Shown: positions 53,640-64,000, counted from the stretch's first letter. The stretch: DNA of 64,000 nt from Candidatus Hydrogenedentota bacterium (GCA_963668025.2 CAXXTH010000011.1:179853-243852), one strand, 5' to 3'. Numbers and translations are program-made. The notes: generated from the letters alone by a model not told the origin.

Positions 53640-56519
53640 TTAAAGGTCCAAACTGAAGGCAAGGAGGATTTCTTTTTGCGTTTCAGGGGAGTATCGCGAC
53701 AGGTACTGCTTGAGTGGTTGGGCCACGGCTGCAAGGCGCTTCTTGCGGTACTGGGCTTCCGCAGCAAACAGGGGTCCTCCGCACACATTCATCACGTGGG
53801 CGTGGGCATCGCCACCGCAGTCGGCACCACAATAGCCGCAGAAGTGACACTTGCACGCCGTGCACGTCATGGCGAGGCACTCGCCCGCGTCGTTGGGGCC
53901 TTTCGTGAACTTTGTGGGAATGCACTTAACTCGGCATTTGGGGCATCGCAAGCAAAAAATGTTTTCATCGATGTAAGCGATCGCATCCATTACACTCCTG
54001 CGCTGCCGCTCGAGCTCCTCTTTGTACGACCGGATGGCGTCCCGCTCAGCAGCTTGTCGATACGCTGCACGGTATGTTGTGCGCGTCGCCTCCATCAGCA
54101 ACGAGTGATTATCTGCAAATCGGGCAGCGCACCTCTGGGTGGGCTTGGGTGTCTGCCACCACACGCACGGCACCCCCTCGACGCGCATTGATGGACTGCC
54201 CAACACGGCCTCGTGAAACGTGCGCATGGCGTTATCTACGCATTCAGCGCACTGGTCGTGGCCGCACTGGCACTGCAGCATCTCGCAGCGCTTCCGCTGC
54301 ACGCCGCATATGGAGCATTCCACGGGGCAGTTCCTCGCCGCCTCGTCGCTCTCCATGCGGGCCGCCTCCGCTTCCCACAGCTTCTGCATGCGGTCCGTCA
54401 CGGTACCCATGTCCGGCCGCTTCGCAGGGTCCTCACTGCCCATTTCCTCGAGCAGCGCTTGGATCGCCCCAACCTCTGACGACACCGCATTCGGGACGCC
54501 TTCCGTACCGCCCCCAACGGCAAGGACGCTGCCCTGGTTTAACAACAGCGCAATGGTGCAACTCAGGGCGTACACGTCGATAGCGGGCGTGATGAGAGGC
54601 ATGCGATTGGCTTGCACTGCTTGCTTGAGCTCCGGGGCGATGAACCCCTCAGTGCCGCCTACAACGAGGCGCTGTGTTGTGGTGGCGAGAATGTGGCGCT
54701 CGAGCTCTTCGCTGCTTTGGCTGAAGTCGAAGTCGATGATGCGAGGAGTGGCGGACTCAAGCTGGGAAGCAGCCATGATGTTGTCAGGCTTGATGTCGCA
54801 GTGAACGATCCCGCAGCTATGCAAAGCACCGACCGCTTGGCACATCTGCCAGAGCATGCGGAGCTGAGGCTCTGCACGGCTGTTGTGCGTTGCGAACCAC
54901 GTGATTACCGTGCAGCTGTAGCGTGGCATCACGATGCAATGCAGGCCGGCATCGAGAAACAGCTGTTCGTAGTGCACGACGAAAGGGTGGCGGCAGCGGT
55001 CCATGGCATGACATTCATTGAGAAAAGCTTGACTGCTTGTCGAGGGAAACTGCTTTGCGGCAAAGAGCGCGCCGTCGCTGTTGCGTTTAAGGAACAGGAT
55101 CCGACCTCGCTGATCCTCAATCGTGAAATCGCTTAGTTGGACCGAGACGTCCAATGATGAGTGCGGAATGTGGCGAGCAAGCTCTTTGAGGTATTCAGCA
55201 TGCTCCGGGAACGAAGCTTCCAAAACGGGCACAAGTGCCTGATATTCTGCTCGGAATTGCCGCTGACTGTCCCGCAGCGATTCTTGCTTCTCGACGCTCT
55301 CTCGGGGCCTTTTGCGGCCAATGACGACGGGCCTTTGCAGCTCGTGCTTCTGATTCAGAACTGCCTCCAGCTTCTCCAACAGTGCAGCAGCGCGGGAATG
55401 GGCGTCGTCCGTTGAGCCCACACTCTCCAGCGCCTTACTCTCTCGCGGCAGATTGAGTGACTCCACTTTGTCGTTGAGGCAAACATGGAGTTGCGATTTC
55501 GATACTTTGGCATCGTTCAACTCGTCTCGCAGCTGGAGGTGAACCGTGCGCAGCGTATCCAAGCACTCACAGCACAACGAATCCGCCAGCGTCGTCGCCA
55601 GACCCAGCCGCGCCGTCAGCTCCATGACCACAGGAAGGAAGTCCTTTTCAGGGTCAAGGTCGATCGCCGAGCGCATCATACAGTCTCGCAATTCCACGGC
55701 CAGCCAGCTGACCTCCTCTGCACGATGCAGCTGGCGTCGTCGAAGCTCTTCGAGGCAGCAGGCGACTCGCGTCGTCATCAGCTCAGTGCCATCGTCGCTC
55801 TCGGTTACTTCGCCGAGCTGAAGAGCAACGCAAGAGCACAGCTCAACGGCAGCGCGGCGGTGGATGTCCCGTTCATGAGCCCACGCAGTTAAATCGCCGT
55901 CGTGGGCGCATGGAGTCGAAATGATGCGGATGTGATCTTCCAGCGACGCAACCTGTTTTTCGATCGTCTGCAGAGTTGAGTGTTGCTGATGGCACGCGAC
56001 TAGTTGGCGCTCCATCACACACAGTTCTCGTGTCGCTGCGGCAATATTGGGCACGGCCAACACGTCAGTCCGCAAGGAGCGCAAAGCCTCCTCTGCTCGT
56101 ATCCGCTCACGCACGGCACATTGTCGGGCGTGCGTTAATGTAGCCACCTCCTCTGTGGAGGCTTCCAATTCCGTCCTGCACGCACTCAAGTCTGTCCTGC
56201 AGGCGCCCAATTCCTCGTTGCACGCACCCAATTGCGTGCTCATTTCCGTCTTGGAGGCTTGCAATTCCTTTCTGCAGGCTTCCAATGCCGCCCAACAGGC
56301 ATCCCACCCTTTCCCAGAGGCGTCCAATTTCACCTTACAGGCGTCCATTTCTGCCTTACAGGCGGCCATTTCTGCCTTACAGGCGGCCATTTCTGCCTTA
56401 CAGGCGCCTGATTCTGCCTTACAGCCATCCAATTCTTTCTTATAGGCGAGCAATCTTGTCCTCAAGTCTGTCGGCGAAAGATAGTACAAATCCGGGATAG
56501 ACGGTTGAGGCGAAAACAT
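53640..56519 (-). CDS. Heptad-repeat coiled-coil / protein kinase / RING / IBR(RING2)-like fusion protein, copy A
   Basis: Kinase 'FAAKQF', 'HCDIKPDN', 'IIDFD', 'GTEGFIAPE'. RING 'CSIC...CQCGHDQCAEC'. C-terminal 'CPKC...ECLAMTCTACKCHFCGYC..DC..DAHAHV..C'. Confidence 0.85.
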   Translation of the reverse strand: MFSPQPSIPDLYYLSPTDLRTRLLAYKKELDGCKAESGACKAEMAACKAEMAACKAEMDACKVKLDASGKGWDACWAALEACRKELQASKTEMSTQLGACNEELGACRTDLSACRTELEASTEEVATLTHARQCAVRERIRAEEALRSLRTDVLAVPNIAAATRELCVMERQLVACHQQHSTLQTIEKQVASLEDHIRIISTPCAHDGDLTAWAHERDIHRRAAVELCSCVALQLGEVTESDDGTELMTTRVACCLEELRRRQLHRAEEVSWLAVELRDCMMRSAIDLDPEKDFLPVVMELTARLGLATTLADSLCCECLDTLRTVHLQLRDELNDAKVSKSQLHVCLNDKVESLNLPRESKALESVGSTDDAHSRAAALLEKLEAVLNQKHELQRPVVIGRKRPRESVEKQESLRDSQRQFRAEYQALVPVLEASFPEHAEYLKELARHIPHSSLDVSVQLSDFTIEDQRGRILFLKRNSDGALFAAKQFPSTSSQAFLNECHAMDRCRHPFVVHYEQLFLDAGLHCIVMPRYSCTVITWFATHNSRAEPQLRMLWQMCQAVGALHSCGIVHCDIKPDNIMAASQLESATPRIIDFDFSQSSEELERHILATTTQRLVVGGTEGFIAPELKQAVQANRMPLITPAIDVYALSCTIALLLNQGSVLAVGGGTEGVPNAVSSEVGAIQALLEEMGSEDPAKRPDMGTVTDRMQKLWEAEAARMESDEAARNCPVECSICGVQRKRCEMLQCQCGHDQCAECVDNAMRTFHEAVLGSPSMRVEGVPCVWWQTPKPTQRCAARFADNHSLLMEATRTTYRAAYRQAAERDAIRSYKEELERQRRSVMDAIAYIDENIFCLRCPKCRVKCIPTKFTKGPNDAGECLAMTCTACKCHFCGYCGADCGGDAHAHVMNVCGGPLFAAEAQYRKKRLAAVAQPLKQYLSRYSPETQKEILLAFSLDL
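56325..56430. repeat. 21-bp coding tandem repeat (EMAACKA heptads)
   Basis: The unit 'ccatttctgccttacaggcg(g)' is repeated, with degenerate flanking units. Confidence 0.85.
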
Positions 56520-56730
56520 CCAATAAAACTAAAAGAGACTTGTGCGTGTGCCAAAAAGAGTGAGTCACAGGATCGACTTGGGGGCACAATGGTGCAGGGA
56601 AAGTCTTTGCAGGGTGCTGCAAATACAAAGGTTCAAAAGCATCAACAAGTCAACAACCAAAAAAAAAAAAAAACTGGCGACAAATTTTGCACTTAAGGTG
56701 AAAACGATGATGGGAATGTGAGGACTCTCA
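56520..56730 (-). repeat. Conserved intergenic direct repeat R2
   Basis: Matches R1 and R3. Confidence 0.85.
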
Positions 56731-56754
56731 TTCTCAAACAACCTTGACAAGCAA

Positions 56755-57271
56755 ATACTTTCATACATCATCCACAGCAACGCCGCCATTTTTGTGCTAT
56801 GCAACAATAGCAGTCACAACCAGTACAGACAATATGACAATGGGGATAGCAATGTGCACCTCCCCACGCCATGTACAACCCGACACAAATCCACGCAATG
56901 ATAAATGCCGGAATCAACGCAAATGCTGGAGGCAACAAAAGCTACGGTGGAGCGAACTAAGACGAGCACACTTGCCTTCAGTCGTCCCTTCGGCAGCTTT
57001 CTGCCTTCTGGCTCGGTCGCTTGCAGGTAAAGCATAAACACGAACATCGACAGCCACAGCGCAAGGTACAGAGGAACGCACGTGTACACTAGGATCTGAT
57101 CCTCTATCTTGGCGTGGCGCACATGGTAGCACGCGGTGCCGAGACACACGTAGACGTAGCAGACGCCCAACCCAACGAAGAGAATGGGGCAAGGCGTCAT
57201 CGGGTGCTGCGTCAGCATTTGCTCGCGTCTATTTCTCCTTCATCCACACCGTGAATTTCTGCAGATGCCAT
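56755..57271 (-). pseudogene. Internally deleted copy B of the membrane-protein gene
   Basis: Near-identical to about 52615-53005 but lacks the first two TM helices and most of the C-terminal tail; small deletions shift the frame. Confidence 0.75.
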
Positions 57272-57456
57272 TTGAATTGAAATCCCTTCCTTTTCAATCT
57301 CGTAAACTTACTTCCACGTCAGTCAAACACGGAGAAACTGAGAGCCACTAGAAGAAGGCCCAGTCAAGACTGCTTTACGGAAGGTGCAGCAAGGGTGCAT
57401 GCGCAGGGTGCTACTACTCAACAGAAGGCCCTCCTTCGGTCCACTACAAGTCCACA

Positions 57457-60300
57457 TTAAAGGTCCAAACTAAAGGCAAGGAGGATTTCTTTTTGCGTTT
57501 CAGGGGAGTATCGCGACAGGTACTGCTTGAGTGGTTGGGCCACGGCTGCAAGGCGCTTCTTGCGGTACTGGGCTTCCGCAGCAAACAGGGGTCCTCCGCA
57601 CACGTTCATCACGTGGGCGTGGGCATCGCCGCCGCAGTCGGCACCACAATAGCCGCAGAAGTGACACTTGCACGCCGTGCACGTCATGGCGAGGCACTCG
57701 CCCGCGTCGTTGGGGCCTTTCATGAACTTTGTGGGAAGGCACTTGACTCGGCATTTGGGGCATCGCAAGCAAAAAATGTTTTCGTCGATGTAAGCAATCG
57801 CATCCATTACACTCCTGCGCTGCCGCTCGAGCTCCTCTTTGTACGACCGGATGGCGTCCCGCTCAGCAGCTTGTCGATACGCTGCACGGTATGTTGTGCG
57901 CGTCGCCTCCATCAGCAACGAGTGATTATCTGCAAATCGGGCAGCGCACCTCTGGGTGGGCTCGGGTGTCTGCCACCACACGCACGGCACCCCCTCGACG
58001 CGCATTGATGGACTGCCCAACACGGCCTCGTGAAACGTGCGCATGGCGTTATCTACGCATTCAGCGCACTGGTCGTGGCCGCACTGGCAATGCAGCATCT
58101 CGCAGCGCTTCCGTTGCACGCCGCATATGGAGCATTCCACGGGGCAGTTCCTCGCCGCCTCGTCGCTCTCCATGCGGGCCGCCTCCGCTTCCCACAGCTT
58201 CTGCATGCGGTCCGTCACGGTACTCATGTCCGGCCGCTTCGCAGGGTCCTCACTGCCCATTTCCTCGAGCAGCGCTTGGATCGCCCCAACCACGGACGAC
58301 ACCGCATTCGGGACGCCTCCCGTTCCGCCCCCAATGGCAAGGACGCTGCCATGGTTTAGCAACAGCGCGATGGTGCAACTCAGGGCGTACACGTCGATAG
58401 CGGGTGTGACGAGAGGCATGCGATTGGCTTGCACTGCTTGCTTGATCTCTGGGGCGATGAACCCCTCAGTGCCGCCTACAACGAGGCGCTGTGTTGTGGT
58501 GGCGAGAATGTGGCGCTCGAGCTCTTCGCTGCTTTGGCTGAAGTCGAAGTCGATGATGCGAGGAGTGGCGGACTCAAGCTGGGAAGCAGCCATGATGTTG
58601 TCAGGCTTGATGTCGCAGTGAACGATCCCGCAGCAATGCAGAGCACCGACCCCCTGGCACATCTGCCAGAGCATGCGGAGCTGAGGCTCTGCACGACTAT
58701 TGTGCGTTGCGAACCACGTGGTTACCGTGCAGCTGTAGCGTGGCATCAGGATGAAGTGTTCGCGAGAATCGAGGCAGAGCTGTTCGTAGTGCACGACGAA
58801 AGGGTGGCGGCAGCGGTCCATGGCATGACACTCATGGAGAAACGCTTGACTGCTTGTCGAGGGAAACTGCTTTGCGGCAAAGAGCGCGCCGTCGCTGTTG
58901 CGTTTAAGGAACAGGATCCGACCTCGCTGATCCTCAATCGTGAAATCGCTTAGTTGGACCGAGACGTCCAATGATGAGTGCGGAATGTGGCGAGCAAGCT
59001 CTTTGAGGTATTCAGCATGCTCCGGGAACGAAGCTTCCAAAACGGGAACAAGTGCCTGATATTCTGCTCGGAATTGCCGCTGACTGTCCCGCAGCGATTC
59101 TTGCTTCTCGACGCTCTCTTGGGGCCTTTTGCGGCCCATGACGACGGGCCTTTGCAGCTCGTGCTTCTGATTCAGAACCGCCTCCAGCTTCTCCAACAGT
59201 GCAGCAGCGCGGGAATGGGCGTCGTCCGTTGAGCCCACACTCTCCAGCGCCTTACTCTCTCGCGGCAGATTGAGTGACTCCACTTTGTCGTTGAGGCAAA
59301 CATGGAGTTGCGATTTCGATACTTTGGCATCGTTCAACTCGTCTCGCAGCTGGAGGTGAACCGTGCGCAGCGTATCCAAGCACTCACAGCACAACGAATC
59401 CGCCAGCATCGTCGCCAGACCCAGCCGCGCCGTCAGCTCCATGACCACAGGAAGGAAGTCCTTTTCAGGGTCAAGGTCGATCGCCGAGCGCATCATACAG
59501 TCTCGCAATTCCACGGCCAGCCAGCTGACCTCCTCTGCACGATGCAGCTGGCGTCGTCGAAGCTCTTCGAGGCAGCAGGCGACTCGCGTCGTCATCAGCT
59601 CAGTGCCATCGTCGCTCTCGGTTACTTCGCCGAGCTGAAGAGCAACGCAAGAGCACAGCTCAACGGCAGCGCGGCGGTGGATGTCCCGTTCATGAGCCCA
59701 CGCAGTTAAATCGCCGTCGTGGGCGCATGGAGTCGAAATGATGCGGATGTGATCTTCCAGCGACGCAACCTGTTTTTCGATCGTCTGCAGAGTTGAGCGT
59801 TGCTGATGGCACGCGACTAGTTGGCGCTCCATCACACACAGTTCTCGTGTCGCTGCGGCAATATTGGGCACGGCCAACACGTCAGTCTGCAAGGAGCGCA
59901 AGGCCTCCTCTGCTCGTATCCGCTCATGCACGGCACATTGTCGGGCGTGCTTTAATGTAGCCACCTCCTCTGTGGAGGCTTCCAATTCCGTCCTGCACGC
60001 ACTCAAATCCGTCCTGCAGACGCCCAATTCGTTCTTGCACGCACTCAAATCGTCGTTGCACGTGAGCAATTCTGTCCTGCACGTGCTCAATTCTGTCCTG
60101 CACGTGCTCAGTTCCGTCCTGCACGTGCTCAATTCCTTCTTGGAGGTTTGCAATTCCTTCTTGGAGGTTTGCAATTCCTTCTTGGAGGTTTGCAATTCCG
60201 TCCAGCAGGTATTCCACCTATTATTGGAGGCGTCCAATTCTGCCTTACAGGCGGTCAATCTTGTCCTCAATTCCGTCGCCGAAACAATGTTCAGCGCCAT
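57457..60300 (-). CDS. Heptad-repeat coiled-coil / kinase / RING / IBR-like fusion protein, copy B
   Basis: Near-identical to copy A downstream of 'CRTDLSACRTELEAS'; the N-terminal repeats differ. Confidence 0.85.
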   Translation of the reverse strand: MALNIVSATELRTRLTACKAELDASNNRWNTCWTELQTSKKELQTSKKELQTSKKELSTCRTELSTCRTELSTCRTELLTCNDDLSACKNELGVCRTDLSACRTELEASTEEVATLKHARQCAVHERIRAEEALRSLQTDVLAVPNIAAATRELCVMERQLVACHQQRSTLQTIEKQVASLEDHIRIISTPCAHDGDLTAWAHERDIHRRAAVELCSCVALQLGEVTESDDGTELMTTRVACCLEELRRRQLHRAEEVSWLAVELRDCMMRSAIDLDPEKDFLPVVMELTARLGLATMLADSLCCECLDTLRTVHLQLRDELNDAKVSKSQLHVCLNDKVESLNLPRESKALESVGSTDDAHSRAAALLEKLEAVLNQKHELQRPVVMGRKRPQESVEKQESLRDSQRQFRAEYQALVPVLEASFPEHAEYLKELARHIPHSSLDVSVQLSDFTIEDQRGRILFLKRNSDGALFAAKQFPSTSSQAFLHECHAMDRCRHPFVVHYEQLCLDSREHFILMPRYSCTVTTWFATHNSRAEPQLRMLWQMCQGVGALHCCGIVHCDIKPDNIMAASQLESATPRIIDFDFSQSSEELERHILATTTQRLVVGGTEGFIAPEIKQAVQANRMPLVTPAIDVYALSCTIALLLNHGSVLAIGGGTGGVPNAVSSVVGAIQALLEEMGSEDPAKRPDMSTVTDRMQKLWEAEAARMESDEAARNCPVECSICGVQRKRCEMLHCQCGHDQCAECVDNAMRTFHEAVLGSPSMRVEGVPCVWWQTPEPTQRCAARFADNHSLLMEATRTTYRAAYRQAAERDAIRSYKEELERQRRSVMDAIAYIDENIFCLRCPKCRVKCLPTKFMKGPNDAGECLAMTCTACKCHFCGYCGADCGGDAHAHVMNVCGGPLFAAEAQYRKKRLAAVAQPLKQYLSRYSPETQKEILLAFSLDL
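60060..60200. repeat. 21-bp coding tandem repeats (ELQTSKK x3, then ELSTCRT x3)
   Basis: Units 'aattccttcttggaggtttgc' and 'aattctgtcctgcacgtgctc'. Confidence 0.85.
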
Positions 60301-60457
60301 CTGGCAACAATACTAAACAAGACTTGTGACATGTGTCAAAAAAAAAAGAGTGAGGCACTCAAATGGCGAAAAGTAACTGCAACATCGACTTGGGGGCACA
60401 ACCGAGAATGGTTTTGCAGGGTCCTGCAAATACAAAGGTTCAAAAGTATCAACAAGG
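60301..60457 (-). repeat. Conserved intergenic direct repeat R3
   Basis: Matches R1 and R2; similarity ends after 'atcaacaag'. Confidence 0.85.
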
Positions 60458-60607
60458 TGGCAGTGGATGCAACGGGATCGCTCACCTCAGTTCCTTCGAC
60501 GACTCTGCTGTGAATACAATCATAATCGAAACCTCCAATGGTACAAAATGCCAAATTGCGTTTCAAGGGTTCGGGTGTTGTTTCTCCTTCACTGCATGTT
60601 GTGATGG

Positions 60608-63600
60608 CTAGATGTCCTCAAAGTCATCATTGAAGAGGGCAATTGGCGGGGCGGTACCGGAGAAGGCGAAGCCCCAGCCTTCATCCGAAGGAGGGCACGG
60701 CACGTCAGCCTCGGGTGAAACTTCGGCTCCAAAACTAGCGTCATGCTGATCTTGCATTGGCAAAGGTGGGCATCTGTCGCTGCGCATCGGTGTGGGAGGC
60801 CGAAGGCTGCCGAGATCGTTGCTACGATTCCGCTTGCTAGACGGCACATTCTCTCGGACAGTGAGTTCCTGGGCACTCCCGGCCTCGTCGCCGAGCTGCG
60901 GGAACACAAGCGATGGTCGACGAGCCAGGTTGCTTTTCATCCCATCTGTCCTGGTGATCTCTTGGCACGCTACATCAGACCTTTCAGTGGAGTCATCCGC
61001 TGCCGTTGCGCCAACATCCACAAACCCGAAGTCGCCTTCGAGTGCGTTTTCCAGCTCGTCAACAACGTTCTTTCCAAGCACATCTGTTGCCATCTTGGAG
61101 TCCCGAAATCGAGGAGTGTAAGAAGTGAAGGAAAACACCCCGTTGCTGCGTCCTTTGCTGAGCTTGAAGTGGGAAGCCTTGAGAACGTTACGCATGCTGA
61201 ATCTCCTCACGCCGTCAAATGAATCGACGCCAAACTGCTCCACTAGGCGGTCGTACAGCAACTTGGCCGCGTAGACCGCGAAGAAGCACAAGACGGTGGA
61301 GATAACTGCGATGAGAAAGACCGTCACCACGCCACACAAGGTGTCGCACCCTTCTCCGGAATCGGTACTTCGGAAGAGCAGCCCAACATTCAGAGTAATA
61401 ATCAGCGCCATAATTGACAAGGCCTCGGCGTGGTTGATGAGGCGCTTCACATACGGTTGAGTGTACGCGTGAAATACAAAGAGCGCCGTCAGTCCCCACA
61501 TGCCCACTAGTGCCTGGAGAACGGCATCGTGCACAGCCGAGAGCAACAAGCGAATGAACACCTTTCTTGAGACAATAACAAACTCCCAAAACCAGTAGCG
61601 CATTCGAAACCCTTTGATCAGAAAGGCAAATTCGGAGTTGGCTGCGACCCACCCTCGCACACGAGACACACGCAGCACCAGCGACATGGTCAACAGAGGC
61701 AGTAGGAGTCCGTACGCGGCAAACCCCAACAACGCTATGGCAACATGGACTTCGTACTCAGTCCCTGTGCACTCCACCTTGGCATCGGCCACAAGCACGC
61801 GCATTACCGAGGTTTCATCACCAGAGCGGCGAATGTCCAGGCAGCGGAAAAGCTTCACGCACTGCGTGACGATCGTTTGGTACAGCAAAAAGATCATAAT
61901 CATGCTGGTTGTGTTGAAAACGCGATGAAGAGGTTTGGCGTCCTTTATTTTCTCTTCAAGCTCCACAGCCATCTTTGTCCGCTCACTAACCGAGATTGAT
62001 TCATCCGAAATCTTCTCCTCCATGCGCCGCATCGCGCGCTGATCCTTCTTATGGATCACGACAAGCACCACCGCGATGGCACTCAAAACGACCGGTGGCA
62101 TCAACAGCTGTGCGATGAGTTTCGACAAAAAAGTCGTGGACGGAAACATGCAGTTGACAGGGGAAATGCTGATGCCGCTGGCACCCGACGCTGCAGAGAT
62201 GTAGCCGAAATACGACTTGACGTACCCTGGAAAATTGATCTCAAATTCGCCAAGCATGCCAACGACCTGTACAAAATTCATGAACACCTTGAGCAGCAAG
62301 ATAAAAGACTGGTCGTCGTCCGTACGACCCTGACCGCGCAGCGCCAGGGTCACAAACACGAAAAAGACCAGCGCGACAAAGAGTATAGTCAGGGCAAAGA
62401 GCAACGAGGACACCCATATACTGGGGCACTCCACACACTTCCCGAGAAAGTCCCGCGCGTAGCCGTCTGCACACGTCGCACACAATGCTGAGTGGTCAAC
62501 ATAGCCTTCCATGCAACTTCCCAGCTCTGTGTCGCCTAAACAAGAAGACGATGGGCACTTGTATGCAAAGGTCGACCACTCGTCGTACCGCCAATAGCCA
62601 GTCGTCACGTTCAGTGCAGTCGTTCCGTTGCAGGAGAAGCACGTGGAAGTGGAGCCACCAATGCAGTTGTCGAAGCCGCTGGGGCACGCACTGCATGTGT
62701 CGGTTCCCTCTGTCGCGTACTCGTAGGATGAGCACAGCTTCAGCAGCAGCGGAATGGAGTTGGCCGAGCTGCGCAAGTAGTCGCTGCGGAACACGAAGTG
62801 GTACTGCTCCCCGTACGTTCCCTTCACGCGCAGCTCCTTGAACTGGATTTGCAGCACGCCAATCCCAGAGACCTCCACGTAGTCCGGCACAGGCGACAGG
62901 TAGTGGGTGACCATCGATGTTCCCCGCGGCAGCATCGGAAGGTCCGTCCACTCTCCAACACCGACTTTGGTGCGCGCAATGTAGCGCCGCTTCTCGTAGT
63001 TCATCGTGACGTTCAGCGTCTCCATTGTGCTGCTCTCCAGCTCCTCCGCCAAGAAGCTGTAGCGGCTCGTGTCGAGTCTCTTGTCGCTGCGGAGGGGCTG
63101 GAATATGTTGCCGGCAGGGTCCAGCAGCAGCAGGCGTGGCTGCGGCTGAAAGTCGTTCGTGTTCGATATCTGGCTTCCTTCGAACTCCGTCCAGATGCAC
63201 AGCCTCGTGGGGCGCCCGGGTAGCACATGCACAATGAACTCCGCCGCGTAGCTGATGTTCCTCGCGAGGTGGGACCCGCGAATCTTGAAGCTGTACATGC
63301 CAGCCTGCGCGTTGTGCATCGTCACGTTGTCGAAGCTCAGGCGCCCGTTTCCGAGTGAAGCCGCGCAGCGTTCCGCTGTACGATATCATTGGCGCGAACG
63401 CAGGGAAGCACGTCGTCGTCAGGTTCGCTGTGCTCCCGCCACTCGCAATGACAGCGCGGTTGCCGGGGATCGCGAGGCGTTGAAACCCAAGCAGCGACAC
63501 GGACTCGATGTACACTTCAGCACTGCCGCTGTCCGTCTCCCCAACCGTGCGGTTCTCCAGGTCGTACAGCGAGACAATGAACGCATCCAGCTTCTTGGCA

Positions 63601-64000
63601 GGGGCCGAGATCGTCACCTGCTCGTTGCCGAAGATCGTGCGAGGACTCGCCGCGTTCGCTTCGATGCCCATCGCCGTCGGCGGCCCAATGAACGTGAAGT
63701 TCCCGCAGAACACAGCCACGCCGTTGGCAATGACGTACAGTTCATCCGCAACGGCATGCTGGCACTCAACTTGCTCCCCGTTGAAGCAGCACGCATCCGT
63801 CGTGGCACCGCACGTCCGTCGGAGGGAGTCGTGCGTGCTGCTACTTGGATCAGGGATCATGCACGTCACGGAACAAGGGTCGTCGAACCGAGCAGGGAAC
63901 GTCATGCCGCGGAAGCGGCACGCGTACCCGTCCGTGCCATTCGGCATCTGGTCGCCCTGAACAAGCATACTCGGCGGGGGCTCAAGCTTCCATGCCTTGA
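60608..64000 (-). CDS. Large protist surface protein (Ig/IPT-like and Cys-rich ectodomain, multi-TM TRP-like C-terminus); 5' end outside the window; one apparent +1 frameshift near 63349
   Basis: Cys-rich 'CSACP', 'GYWR......YKCP..SC', 'LCATCADGY'; TM-region motifs 'LLKVFMNFVQV' and 'FAFLIKGFR.RYWFWEFVIVSRK'. Removing one A joins 'FTR-NGRLSFDNV'. Confidence 0.8.

Noticed and set aside
56325-60200. 21-bp repeats as a CRISPR array
   Set aside because: The units are contiguous, in-frame coding heptads with no unique spacers, and no cas genes are present.
42604-63350. Programmed +1 ribosomal frameshifting or RNA editing in the protist genes
   Set aside because: There is no shared slippery-stop motif such as the Euplotes AAA-TAR, and the same +1 pattern occurs in bacterial secA and glgX. 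Sequencing error is simpler.

Overview
The window is a two-domain composite. Bases 1 to about 42,600 are bacterial, most likely Candidatus Hydrogenedentes-like, inferred from two prepilin/H-X9-DG proteins carrying an '[14 protein letters not shown]' motif. This half encodes an apparently catalytically degenerate GH38-like protein and sulfatase-like protein, a radical SAM protein, an HD protein, glgX, an xpb-addB-addA repair cluster and secA. It also holds a glycan-related locus (two pilin-like proteins, a sorted surface protein and a GH29 fucosidase), a beta-propeller lipoprotein, an IS1380 remnant, REP/REPIN-like repeats and a metallophosphoesterase. Bases from about 42,605 to 64,000 are eukaryotic, most likely a euglenozoan (kinetoplastid/bodonid-like) protist: every gene is on the minus strand, no intron is needed to explain any gene, and pyrimidine-rich tracts precede several starts. 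This half encodes an LRR-calpain-like protein cut at the junction, a receptor-type STE kinase, a SAM-domain protein, a C2H2+PIN protein and a large Cys-rich multi-TM protein. It also contains a tandemly duplicated unit with a coiled-coil/kinase/RING/IBR-type gene, bounded by three copies of a conserved ~150-210 bp direct repeat. Both halves carry many apparent +1 indels in short homopolymers, so the frameshifts and probably the junction are long-read or assembly artefacts. All product calls come from motif recognition by eye; no database search was run.
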